Shown piece by piece: positions 14,692-28,480 of a stretch of 64,000 bases of DNA (its first letter is position 1; each line of letters begins with the position of its first letter). The position numbers and the translations under genes are program-made. Source of the stretch: Octopus vulgaris (lineage: Eukaryota). The notes beneath the pieces are model-generated. The model was not told the origin of the DNA. It worked only from the letters and a program-made list of their open reading frames with translations, and did no database searches. The stretch lies in the NCBI GenBank assembly GCA_951406725.2, contig OX597823.1, positions 55,552,001 through 55,616,000 of the forward strand, in the 5' to 3' direction.

Positions 14692-15795
14692 CATATATAT
14701 GTATATAAATGCGTGTGTATGCGCGCACGCGCGTGTAAATTTATATTTATATATACAAGTTTGAATACAAGCTCTAACACGCTATCTTAAATAAAGCGTC
14801 ACGGAAGTGCTTTGTGCTGTATGGATGCAGATTACATGAGTGTCTGTACACCTGTGAGTTTCTTTGCCGCTTCCTTTCTGTCTCTCAGTCACTCCGTGTT
14901 TCTGTGTATGTATGCGCAAGTGGCTTGGTATATGTCAATGCGTTTGCGAAGAGAGCTGGTTTTTCCTTTGAGTTTATCGAGTGAATATGGCCAGAAGGGA
15001 ACATTGAGTGGGAAGTAGAGAAATGGAGAAAGAGGATTAGAAAAGGAAAATGCAGAGGCAAACAACTGAAGTCAGAGAGACAGAAACATATAAATAAGAT
15101 ATATATTGCTATATATAAGAGGTATGAAAAGAAAACCTACGTGGTTCGACAGACACAGAAGCTGGTGTGATTTAGTAGTATTATTTCACCTTTTTTTTCA
15201 CAGTACCGTGTGGGTGTATTTTTCTGTAATATGCAAGTGCGAATGTGTATCTATGTTTGCATATTCAGTGCTCAATTATATCAGCTTGTCTTGATTTCTT
15301 TGTTACTCCTTATGGTGGACCGAGATATAGGTGCGTGCTTCTATATGCGTACTCCTCGTGCGTGCGTCTACGTTCACATTCATATATATATATATATAAA
15401 TACACACGCACATATTTATACATACGTACATGCATACATACATGCTTGCATACATGCATACATACATACATGCATACATACATACATGCATACATGCATA
15501 CATACATACGTACATGCATACATACATACATACATACATACATACATACATACATACATACGTACATGCATACATACATACATGCATATATACATACGTA
15601 CGTGCATACATATTTACATACATATAGACATACGTACGTACATACTTACATACATACATGCATACATACATACGTGCATGCATACATACATACATACATA
15701 CATACATACATACATACATGCATACATACATACATACGAACGTACATACATACATACATACATGCATACATATATACATACATACCTACTCGCAC

Positions 15796-15850
<55 letters not shown>

Positions 15851-16491
15851 CATACATACATACATACATACATACATACATACATACATACATACATACG
15901 TACGTACGTACGTACGTACGTACGTATCAAAGCAGAGACAGTCAGAATTTAGAATGTATATATGCAACGCGTTCACTTGTAGACACGCATCCACACACAC
16001 ACACACACACACACGCACACAAACATACACGCACGCATACACACACACGCGCGCACGTACACACACACATGAAACTCATTGTTTAGTCGGAAATGGCATC
16101 AGTTCTTTTGCGCACATTTACTGAAAAACAAACAGGAAGTCTGAAGAGAGAATTCTTTTAATTATATGTCTGTGCATAGTTGTTTATCTATGTATGCTTA
16201 TATATGTCTATAGGTATGCGTGTGCGTATCCATGTCTGTATGGATATATGTATGCACTATGAATGTTGTATCTATGTTTGTGTATATATGTGTGTGGTGT
16301 GTGTACCTGTGCGCGCGTGTATATGTGTGTTTATTTATCTTTGCATATATATATATAAAATTAAATATGGGTAGAAATTGATATTAATCAATTAAAACTA
16401 GTGGATTAGCATATTCTTCGTGGTAATGACGATTTGACGCCTATGTTTAGCATATAGGCTGTTCACTTTTAGTGGTCAGTCCTCTAAGTTT

Positions 16492-16542
<51 letters not shown>

Positions 16543-17298
16543 ACAATATTATTAGTCCTTGTAATTGTAGCCCGAATAAAACTTGTTTTCCCAACGGAAA
16601 TTGAAGAATTACAAACGCTGTTTACCAATGTAAAATTGCCGAAGAATCTAAAGAATTCTTTTATGTTGGACTTGCTTCTTCGGAATTGAAACAATGTATC
16701 GCGAATCGCCTTTCTACATTTAAATGCATTCATAAACGTATTTCTACAGGTCTTGGTAAACTGGATTGTAATGAGTAATCTTCTTTAAATTGGTAAATTT
16801 TATCGAGATCATTTCCCTATGATAAAAGGAAATCATTCTGCCCTCCTTTTACGAACGAATATCTATTTGTCCCCTTTTCCAAACATAAACTGGTCAATAC
16901 CTATAAAGAAGGAGTTTACAGGTGTTTACATTGAAAAAAAACCCCAGTCTTTCAGCCATTTCAAATAAATCTACTTCTTACCGAGTAATATCTGCAACTT
17001 AATCTTAATTCTTACTTTCAATACCTCCCGTTCTTTCATTCATCTTTACTTTCCATCTATCATTCATTCTCTATTAGCTTATACCTCCAATTCTTCTTTA
17101 ATTTTATTTCCATCTTTCTCTCTTCCTTCTCTTCTTCTCTCAGCCCATGACGTCAAATTACTGAACGGTATTTAAAAAAAATTACCAGCCTTCAATATGC
17201 AATATTGCTTTCCATATATGTATGTGTGTGCATGTATATGCATGTATGGATGTGTGTAGTTATATTTATACATATGTATAAAAAATATATGCATATGC

Positions 17299-17334
<36 letters not shown>

Positions 17335-17479
17335 CAGTTTCTTATATCTGCTAAAATATCTAATTGATGCACACTGTTGTTTATATCCTCCCTCTATAAG
17401 ACTGATGCATTGTGTCACATTATTCCTCCTCTCGGATTTATCTTAATGTCTCTATCGAAACAAATGTCGGTGATATTCT

Positions 17480-17680
17480 TTTATTCTTTTATTTGTTTCA
17501 GTCATTTGCCTGCGGCCATGCTGGAGCACAGCCTTTATTCGATAAAATCGACCCCAGGACAACTCTTTGTGAGTCTAGTACTTATTCTATCGGTCTCTTA
17601 TGCCGAACTGCTAAGTTACGGGGACGTAAACACACCAACATCGGTTGTCAAGCGCTGTTGGGGTGGCAAACGCAGACACA
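17480..17680 (-). mobile_element. SINE family B, 3' half
   Basis: Similarity to the other family B copies. Confidence 0.85.
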
Positions 17681-17705
17681 CATATATATATAAATATATA
17701 TATAC

Positions 17706-17740
<35 letters not shown>

Positions 17741-17741
17741 T

Positions 17742-18198
<457 letters not shown>

Positions 18199-18324
18199 TA
18201 TGTATATATGTATATATATATGCACTTGGCCATATATGCATGTATATGTACATATATATATAAATAGGTATGTACATATATGTATATATATATGCATATA
18301 TTTATATATATCATTTATATTATT

Positions 18325-18968
18325 ATATGATCGAACGCCACACATCGTTTTCCAAGTAACTTTTATCTTAATAATTACGATGCACACTCTTCTATCTTTA
18401 CTTTCACTTCTCTGTCTATATCTCTCCCTCTCTTGTTCTTCATCCTTTCTGGTTTTCTCTCCCACCCTTCCCTATTCTTCTCCTCTACTTTTCACCGTTC
18501 CCTCTCTCTCACTCCTCCTTCTCGACTCTCTCGTCGTTGACACGTAACGAAAGAGAATCTATCTTTCGACTACTAACTTCGTAAAGAGAACAACGTGCTT
18601 ATACTTCATAAGCTCGTTCTCCTAGCGTTCAGAATTTCTCTATCGTCTTGGTTTAACAGCCCACAACGTTTGTTTTTACTGTTTTGTTCTCACTGTCCTG
18701 TTCTTGTTACCACTTTGACCCTGCGCAAAAAATCCCAAATTTTATTTAATTTGCTTTGTGGGAAGGACTGTTTCAACTAAGTCACGTCTTGTCCTTGCAT
18801 TCGACGCGGAGTAGATGAAACAAGGGCAACTGAGGAAGGGGATCATTCTTTATGTTGTATGTCTCGTTCCTCTTGTTTTTTCGTTGTTCGAGAAAAGTTC
18901 GTTTCTATGCTTTTGTTTTTATGTTTTCGTTTCTCATTATGTTCAACGCTTTTCTGATGTCCTGTACC
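18325..18968. repeat. Unclassified ~650-bp dispersed repeat, homologous to 26857-27537
   Basis: Shared start gaa(c/t)gccac.catc.tttccaagtaa, internal actttgaccct..gcaaaa..ccaaattttattt, end cctgtaccc; both flanked by (TA)n. Confidence 0.7.
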
Positions 18969-18985
18969 CATATATGCATGTACAA

Positions 18986-19022
<37 letters not shown>

Positions 19023-19065
19023 GCTATGCACATATATGTATGTATATGTGCATATATTTATATAG

Positions 19066-19113
<48 letters not shown>

Positions 19114-19114
19114 A

Positions 19115-20129
19115 ATTCGGGGTGAGTACTTGATAATTATAAGCACCTGTATATACCGTTTGGTGGTGTAGGTGGTGGAGTAAATTGATCAAAATAAAAA
19201 CATGATGCCAAGGATTCAGCGGTACATATGTTTCGGGCCTTTATTAGACAGATTTATAACAATGCATAATGTAATATATGCGCGCGTATATGTGCGCGTG
19301 TATATGGGCGTATGTATCCATGCTGGTATGTATGTACAAGATGACCACTTAATTCAAAGAACTAGATTAACCGCTCAACAGCTCTGATTTACAATACATT
19401 AGGTCCCCAGACGCCCCTGTTGATTTATTGAAACCCAAAGCTTCTACAACTAAACTTTGTCAATTTCCTGACCACCATGTTTGGTCCGTAACCTCTATAC
19501 ATCCCTTATCTTTATATTTTTTTACATTTTTTTACATTTACATTTATTATCATTTTTATTCCTACTTTTATTTTTTTATTTTTTTATTTTTTTATTTTTA
19601 TTTCTATTTCTATTTTTACTTTATAACCTTATGCCTTTATATTCATTTATATTCTTTTATATTCTTTATATCCCCTTTATATCTCCTTATATCTCTTTAT
19701 ATCTTTATACTCTATATTTTTATATTTTTCTATACTTACACTTTTTATATATTTTTTATCCTTCGTCCTGAATTCTCGCCCCTCCATCTTTACCCCTATT
19801 TACTCTTATTACCAGGTTCCTTCACGTCTATATATGTATTTATTTATTAATTTATTTACATTACTTCAACATCCAAATTTCCTCATTCTACATTGAGAGA
19901 AGAAAGAGATGGACGCTTCAATTCTATGCTGTTGCCGCATTATGTCGTACGCGAATGAGAGGATTTGCATCCCCAACCAAGAATTTTTGATGTAACACAT
20001 GTCCTTGTGGAAGCTGTTGTGCGCGGCTGAAGAAGGCCACAGACATACATTATACATTGTTATAAATCTGTCTAATAAAGGCCCGAAACATATGTACCGC
20101 TGAATCCTTGGCATCATGTTTTTATTTTG

Positions 20130-20131
<2 letters not shown>
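19115..20131. mobile_element. PLE terminal (pLTR-like) relic with ~86-bp inverted arms
   Basis: 19188-19273 is the reverse complement of 20046-20131; right arm overlaps an intact hammerhead. Confidence 0.7.
20023..20100 (+). ncRNA. Type I hammerhead ribozyme, canonical core
   Basis: gcgg CTGAAGA aggcc…ggccc GAAA c atat GTA ccgc: stem I gcgg/ccgc, stem II ggcc/ggcc, palindromic stem III ACATATGT. Confidence 0.85.
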
Positions 20132-20162
<31 letters not shown>

Positions 20163-20165
<3 letters not shown>

Positions 20166-20325
20166 GACGGGCTTCTCTCAGATTCCGCCTACCAAATGTA
20201 CTCACAAGGCTTTAGGCGGCCCGAGGCTATAGTAGAAGACACTTGCCCAAGGTGCCACACAGTGGGGCTGAACCTGGAACCATGTGGTTGGTAAACAAGC
20301 TACCTACCACATATTCCTGCGCCTA
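20163..20325 (-). mobile_element. SINE family B, 5' half
   Basis: Similarity to the family B head. Confidence 0.85.
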
Positions 20326-20384
20326 TACGGTGATATAAATGATTTAAAAAACATTTTGAGCGTTTGCTTCCATTTTCCAATATT

Positions 20385-20466
<82 letters not shown>

Positions 20467-21098
20467 TATAATGACACGCGTATGCACTTGCACCCAGGTA
20501 CATATATATGAATATAACAGCAATATATTATGTCCGTATGCATGTATACATGTATGTGTCTGTGACTCTGTGTGTGTGTGTATATATATATATATACATT
20601 TACACAAAGATTTTTCTTAAATGGATGACTAAAGATATTTAGTTTACTTATTAAGATACAGCTTTGAAAGTAGGAAATGTCTTATTTAGAAAAACATTAG
20701 CTTTCCAATTTAACTAAATATTTTTTAATGACCTATCCATCTACCTATTTCTTATCTGTCTGCTGTCTCTGTTCTTACATATGCATGCTTACATGCAATC
20801 ATATACATGCAAACGCATATATACACTCTCTTACTCTGTCTCACACACAAACACATGTTCGTGACAGAGAATATCTAATTCAAGTTCCACTTCGATTATA
20901 CCTCTTATATTTTCTTGTCATTCACGAGAGGAATAATTTAGTTTATTTCGTATGATTATATTACTTCCGCTCTTATCAACAGATGACAAATAATCTGTTT
21001 TACTTACAAACCCTCCCTACGCACATACACGTAGTCAACACCACATTTATTTTCTCTCAAGCTTTCTCTCATTCATCTGCGTTTGTAAATTATGTATG

Positions 21099-21132
<34 letters not shown>

Positions 21133-21144
21133 TGTATGTATGTA

Positions 21145-21180
<36 letters not shown>

Positions 21181-21317
21181 TGTATGTATGTATGTATGTA
21201 TGTATGTATGTATGTATTCATGTATATAGTTCAGGCTTACAGAAAACAAAAGATGAAGACATGTGTAGGAACAACAAGAAGGTGTATTAGTTTAACGCTG
21301 GGGAAGAGTTGAAAAGT

Positions 21318-21353
21318 CTTTTACGTTTCGAGCCTACGCTCCTCGACTGAAAG
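21318..21353 (-). ncRNA. Degenerate minimal hammerhead (same family as 957-989)
   Basis: cttt CAGTCGA G GAGC gtag GCTC GAAA CG TA aaag; core mutated. Confidence 0.45.
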
Positions 21354-21654
21354 GATTAAGAGGGAAAAAGGAGAGAAAATGAAAAAGCAAAACGGACAGA
21401 GAAAAATTTCTTTTGTATACATATATGGAGTGAACAAATAAAAGATAAAGGCACTCAGCACATTTAGTAGAAGTTACATATATTATTATTGAAAATAGTT
21501 TGTTTCAGGTCCATACGACTTAAGAGTTTCGCAAGCCTCCAAAAGAGGCCCGTAAAAGACACAGGCTTCTGTTAGAGACAAGCGAAACTTTAAGTCGCAT
21601 GGTACCGAATCAAACTGATATATATATATATATATATATGTGTGTGTTTGCGTG

Positions 21655-21973
21655 TATTTAGTTTTTGAATTTCGTTTGCAAAATTCTTTATGTGAGTTCG
21701 TGTGTTGGAGCATATTCTGTTGTGTCTGAGGAGAGTCATTTTCTTTGGGTACCTTATAATTTAATACACCCACCGGTAAAATTTCCACATTTCTTTTTTA
21801 TTTTTCTAAAATTTTTGTTGCGCCTTGCAACCTTTTCAATAGTTTTGAGTCTAAACTATTGAAAAGGTTGCAAGACGCAACGAAAATTTTAGAAAAAATG
21901 AAATGTGGAAATTTTACCGGTGAGTGTATTAAATTATAAGGCACACAAAAAAAATTACTCTCCCCAGACACAA
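21655..21973. mobile_element. Palindromic mini-element (~125-bp arms, 21721-21973) with one-sided tail; second copy at 50056-50410
   Basis: Arms are reverse complements; tail resembles the PLE 3' terminus at 29800-29856. Confidence 0.8.
21856..21892 (+). ncRNA. Hammerhead-like fold with U3-A8 core variant (mirror copy on minus strand, 21806-21842)
   Basis: cta TTGAAAA G GTTGC aagac GCAAC GAAA ATT T tag. Confidence 0.5.
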
Positions 21974-23020
21974 CGGTAGATATATATATATATTAATATT
22001 ATATAGTATATGACATATATATATATATGTATATGTGTGTGTGTGTGTGTGTATGTACGTATGTATATTCTGCATTAATGAAGAAACTGTGACGAGTGAA
22101 AATTGTGTAAAAAAATTATTAAAAGCTTAATCTTCTTATTTACAGAATATACATACATACATGCATATATACATATATATATATATAAAGTTATTTATTT
22201 ATTTATTTATTTATGTAGAAAGAGAGAGAGGGGGAAGAGAGAGTATGCCCCTAGCTCTTTCACTTTCAATCTTTCTATACTCTTTTTCTCTTTCATCTTC
22301 ATACTCACGCATGCATATACAGATGCTGTTACACATGTATATATACACACACAGGCACACCCATATACAGAAACGCGCGCGCGCGCACACATATATACAT
22401 ATATACACTGCATGCATACACACAAACAAAAATTGCGCTCACCCTTATGCATACTGGATCTCTGTTAACACATCAATTCTTTTTCTTACAGACAGACATA
22501 CAAAGAGAAACGCTGAAACCCTATCAAGCCCACGAGGATGCCTCTTCTGTGTTAGCTCGACTTGCTAGAAATAACAATCCAAATCACATTTTCTAGCATG
22601 TTGTGTCTGAGGAGGGTCATTTTCATAGGTCAGACTAACAAATAACGTATCAGCTTTGCTTCGTCCCCAGAAAATATTTCCGAAACTTTTAGCAGTTATT
22701 TCGTCTTCATTAAGAAAACAAAATAAAGTAAAATTAAAAAAGCTTAAACTATGTTTATTCGATTAATAGTGGCGGTTTCTCCCACCAGCATTTTTGAAGG
22801 TCGCCAGCAAAAATCCCTAGAAAAAATAACGGGGGAATCGATATATAAAAGATATTCTGGTTACAACTGGGACCCCTTGTAATCAGATGTGAGGTAAGGC
22901 TAAATTACATCAATAGAAACCATCTCTTTCTCTCTCTTCTCTCTCTCTCTCTCTCTCTCTGGCACACACACATATCACGCACACATACACACACACACTC
23001 TCTTTCTTTGTCTCCCTCAA

Positions 23021-23055
<35 letters not shown>

Positions 23056-23489
23056 TTTACTATCACTTTTCCTTTCGTTTTTACTGTCCATTCTTTCCTA
23101 CGCAATGTCAGGCTTTCCCATTTATCTTTCACTAATGTATTACCCGTTGTTTTATGTCTGAAGTAAGTAATACTTCGCTTCATTGAAATATCTCTACATA
23201 TATAAGCAAAAACAATACTGAAATAAAAGAAATGTTTAATAAATCAAAATACATGCAAGATTGCAACATCATCTACTTCCAAAGACCACATCGCCATCTT
23301 CTGACATATTGTTTCTAAAGACTGAAGTTAGTTTGCGAAGCAGTTGAATATGAAAAAAAAAACCAGTTAAGGAATGCGAAAAAACAAAATGAACAAGAAA
23401 ATTATCATTGAACTATCTTTTTTTTTATTTTTCTCTCTCTCCCTTTTTTTTAAATGATTGCATGGAAGGAAATTGAGAGCGCCTGTGAG

Positions 23490-23900
23490 CCAAAAATACC
23501 AGAACGTCATGTTCATCGATACTACCCCTGGAAGCGAACTAGTCTATCGTTTTAGAAAAGCCTTACATAAACGGAATCAAAGAATTGAGGTAGTAAAAAG
23601 GCCAGGAACTTCTATAAAAATCCCTGATCAGTAGGATATACGCTTTTGAAAGAACCTCTGTACTGATTGGAACTGTATATTTCGTGGGGTAAGCTCACAG
23701 GTAAATCGAAAAATTATAAATGCAGTCTATAGCATAAGATGAACAGAAGAACAGTGCAGAAACCCGATAATGATGTATATTGAAGAGACAGTCCGTAGTG
23801 TAGGAGAGAAGCTAAATAAATACTGGCGAGAATTTAAGGAGACAAGCTCGTCAGTGCTATGCCAGCATGCCAAACAAAAACATGCGACCTCGAAAGAAAA
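23490..23900 (+). pseudogene. Degraded PLE linker plus GIY-YIG endonuclease, relative of the 28.5-kb element
   Basis: KYQNVMFIDTTPGSELVYRFRKAL…VYSIR*TEEQC…MYIEETVRSVGEKLNKYW…SSVLCQHAKQKH aligns to 28580-28980. Confidence 0.85.
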
Positions 23901-23978
23901 CATTACAAAATATTTTTTTAATGTTAAAATATGGCAAAAATCATGAAAACCAGACCATGTTTTAACTATATTCAACTG

Positions 23979-24061
<83 letters not shown>

Positions 24062-24074
24062 GATAGGTAGGTAG

Positions 24075-24153
<79 letters not shown>

Positions 24154-24224
24154 CAGACAGGCGTACATATATATATATAACAATATATCTATATGCTACC
24201 CCGGGATTGGTCAAATTTTGGAGA

Positions 24225-24270
24225 CGCCTCTGATGAGAATCCACCAAGGATCGAAAATCGATTAACGCTT
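24225..24270 (+). ncRNA. Hammerhead motif, canonical core, degenerate stem I
   Basis: CTGATGA gaatcc accaa ggatc GAAA atcgat TA; palindromic stem III AATCGATT. Confidence 0.65.
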
Positions 24271-24999
24271 TATCATTCTTTCAATTTTCGGAAAAAATGT
24301 TAAATTTATATGTATGTTGGGGGTATATATCTTTTGTCGCTTCTGTGTAAACTATAACCTTGAAAAGAGAGATTAATAATGAATCCTATTAGATATGGTT
24401 ATCAAGAAGATATATAAACTTCTAAAATAACCGTATGGAACACAAAGCATTTATTTAAAATCAATATTTAAGCGAGGGATTAATGCCGGAATTAACAGCT
24501 ATTCGTTTTCCGAATCCGATTGATTCTCAGGGCTCGCTGCTTATCACCACTTCCTGCAGCCATAACTGGATGCAGAGATAGTTCATACCCTGGATACGGC
24601 ACTTGTTTATTGCTGGCAATTATTTTTTATTACTTCTCGAAGAAGTTGATGGAATGCAGCATTGATGTTAACGAAAATGTTTTTCAATCGTCCGGGGTTC
24701 AATAAAATCCGTACGATGTATGCCTTGAGGATTTATTCAATATTTAGGAATTCCTGATCATAAATCTATCGTAACTGACATAGAAATTAAGCCAAAATAA
24801 AAACAAAAAAGAAAAGATAAACATTTATTTAGACACTTGTTTTACAATAAAGGGATTCCTTTTTGATATCATCAGGCAAGTGACTTTTGCCAACGCCTAA
24901 GGTCGCCCAGGATTTGTAAATGAAATTGGCTTGAAGAAAACTCTTCTCTCACACACACTCTCTATCTATCTATCTATCTATCTATCTACTATCTATCTA

Positions 25000-25061
<62 letters not shown>

Positions 25062-25082
25062 CTATCTACCTATCTATCTATC

Positions 25083-25143
<61 letters not shown>

Positions 25144-25227
25144 TGTAGGTAGGCTGTCTAAAGCCTTGTGAGTGGATTTCGTCAACGAAAACTGAAAGAA
25201 GACAATTGTGTACCCATCCATCCATCC

Positions 25228-25302
<75 letters not shown>

Positions 25303-25769
25303 ATTCTAGTCTGTCGGTTTATCTTTCCCTCTATCTCTCTATTTCTGTGCAGCCTCTTCGTCTGCCTTTCTCTCCCTCCCTCTTTCTCCCCTATCTTCCT
25401 ACACCTCCCTCCCTCTTTCTCTCCTATCTTCCTCCCACCTCCCTTCCTCCATCCTTCCCTGTCCGTTTATCTACTTTGAAGCTTGATTTATGAGAAAAGT
25501 CCATGTAAAGAGAAATAATCATATGGCGTCATAATTACATTAATGAATCAACTAGTATTACATACAGGGAAGACTAAAAGGCTGGAGAATCATCTGGCAT
25601 TTCGAAAAAGTTGGGGCTCTCACATAGAGTTTCAGATAGGATGGTTTTTCATACACACACACTCACACTTACACACAAGCACATACACATGCACACATTC
25701 GCGCACGCACGTGTGCGCACAAATACACATATATATACATATATACATATATATATACATGCATATGTA

Positions 25770-26505
25770 TATTAGGTCGTGAAGTTTGAAATTTGTAGAA
25801 AAGAAAAAAAACTTGCCAATGTTTTATAAATACAAGGAATAGTTTCATCCATCAAAGTATGCACCCCTATTGTCAACACCCTTTTGCCATTTCAGCGGTA
25901 GCTTGTCAGCCCGGAACTGTAAAAGCCTGGCAATCTAGAGTCAATAAAATCTTGGTAGGCCTGTTTTACAGCATCGTCGGAATTAAAGTTTTCCTATCAA
26001 GAACTTATCCAAATTCTGGAAGAAGTGGTAGTCAGTGGGGTAAGATCAGGTGAGTATGGTGGATGATGGAGAACTTCCAACTCTTTTGCGATGCGTGGTC
26101 TGGCGTTGTCTTGCAATAAAATAGGAGTGGATCTGCTGACTAATCTAGGCTGTTTTTTTGGGGTTTTTTGTAAGTTTCTGCATCATTTGGTCCAGTTGGC
26201 TGCAGTATACTTCAGCAGTGATTGATGAGCCAGGTTTAATGAAATCATAATGGATCACACCCGCGCCAGACCACCAGACACACACCATCAGTTTCTTTTG
26301 ATGAATTTTGCTGTTTGTACTGTTTTGGTGGCTCGTTTTTGTCCAACCATTATGTTGAATGTTTACGGTTGTTGTATTGGATCCATTTCTCATCACATGT
26401 TACAATCCGATTCAAAAATGATTCATTTTTGTGATGAGAAAGTAGCATAATGCAGGCTTCAAAATGTTGCTGTTTCTGATTTTCATTGAATTCATGTGGA
26501 ACCCA
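25770..26505 (-). mobile_element. Mariner (DD34D) transposase pseudogene, 5'-truncated
   Basis: WVPHE, IVTCDEKW, LQDNARP and HPPYSPDLTPTDY motifs; TA-TTAGGT terminus near 25770; frameshifts. Confidence 0.93.
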
Positions 26506-26779
26506 CAACGAGAAAGAGAGTGTAAAGGAGAAAGAAGGAGGAGGAAAGACAGAAAGAGAGCCAAACAGATAGAAAACGGTGTCGGGGAGTAAAAAGGAAT
26601 TAGAGAAAGGATGAGAGAGAAAACGACAGGGAGAGAGAACAGTAAAGAATTGCCTCAAAAATATTATGATATACTTACTTGGAAATGGATGCATGGCATT
26701 CAATCAAATAATAATATAAATAATATAAAGAATATATATATACTTATATATATGCATATATACATACATATGTGTACAT

Positions 26780-26810
<31 letters not shown>

Positions 26811-26856
26811 TATATATATGTATATGTATATATGCATATATATTATTTATATTATT

Positions 26857-27003
26857 AATTGATTGAATGCCACGCATCCATTTCCAAGTAAGTTTATCTT
26901 AATATTTTTGATGCGACTCTACTCTTTGCCGTTTTCTTTCCCCCTATCGTTTTCTCTCTCATCCTTTCTCTACTTCCTTTTTCTTTCCTTTCACCGTGTT
27001 CTA

Positions 27004-27043
<40 letters not shown>

Positions 27044-27530
27044 CTTTAATTTCTCTCTCTTTCTCGTTGCTCACACGTGACCATCGTCCAACTTTCTTTT
27101 CCTCACGTGATCATCTTTCTTTTCCCTCAGTGCTGTCTTAGAGACTGCGCGCATCTTATCTGTTTCTCCTATCTTTTCTCTTGTCAAAGACAAAATTTCT
27201 CCAGCGTTCGCTACTTTGCCTTGTCTGGTCTATCGACCCTCCATGTTTGTTTTCGTTCGGTTTCCTTGTATGCCTCCAATGTTCTGTTTTTGTTACTAAC
27301 TTTGACCCTCTGCAAAACCCAAATTTTATTTTTGTTTTTGCGGGCCCAACTGCTTTGAAGTCTCATATTGTCGTTCAATGCTCGAAATGAGAAGTAGATG
27401 GACAGTTGACAACGGTTGAAGGGTCGTTCTTTATGTTACTTGTTCTGTTTTCCATTTGTTTCTCTCGTTGTTTGCGTACTCAAATCATTTGTTTTTGTAT
27501 TTCATGTTGTTTACGGTTTGTGACTTCCTG

Positions 27531-27537
<7 letters not shown>
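26857..27537. repeat. Unclassified dispersed repeat (homologous to 18325-18968), with a partial inverted copy at ~26645-26728
   Basis: Shared blocks with the 18.3-kb copy; ttacttggaaatggatgc.tggcattcaatcaa is inverted across a CA/TA microsatellite. Confidence 0.7.
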
Positions 27538-27598
<61 letters not shown>

Positions 27599-28480
27599 AT
27601 ATTTCGGAATGGTCATATTGCCAGTTTAGCCAATAAAAACACACGCACTATATATTTGGTGTTATTTTGCTTCAGTGATATTTATTTTTTACATTAATCT
27701 TAATCTTATTTCGGCCAAAGTTCTTTCGTCACACTCCTGTGACCGCATCAGTGGTCCTTTGCTTTCTTCTCACTTACTTGTGTCTCTCCTTACTAACCGT
27801 CAGCCATTTTATATTTCTATTGTATGTCTTCATTTGCGCATGTTTATATCTCTATGTGCGTCTATGTTTATTTAGTGTGTGGGGGGGGATGCCTGTAATA
27901 TTTGTATCTTCTGGTTATATACATTCTTGTAATTTGTATTTTGTTTTTGTTGTTGTTGCTTTTGTTCTAATTTTGTTCATGTGTTTACATCCACCCATTA
28001 TTATCATTACATATGCTTGTATGTATGTATAACAACAATATTAGTAATAATAATAATAAATCTAATGGAAAAAAAAAAAAAAAAAGGAATATACATATAC
28101 ATATATATATATACATACACATACATATACATATATATATATATACATATACACACACATATATACACATATACATATACATATACATATATATAGATAT
28201 TCATTTCTATTTCTTTAATTACCTGTGTATTTATTATGTTTGCAGGATCCACTATTGTCATATGTTGTGGTGTGCGCTATTGCTCCATTCTAGTTTTCTA
28301 TTCAGGCTAGGTTTATTTTCTATTATATGTGTAGCTTCTGTAATTTGTCTAATTGTTGCATCTGTTCTATGTGTGGACAATATCTTAATCTCTACCAATT
28401 ATAGATCTGATAGGGTTGCCTGGCTTTTCAACAACCTTAATTTTTAGTTTAAGTTTATCTAGGGTCCTTCTAAAGCGGTA

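Noticed and set aside
16538-17000. Possible retroelement N-terminal coding relic on the minus strand
   Set aside because: No diagnostic motif recognised; too many stops to call.
28013-28447. ORFs duplicated on opposite strands at 28.0/29.2 kb and 38.4/39.4 kb as gene pairs
   Set aside because: They are by-products of the PLE inverted arms.
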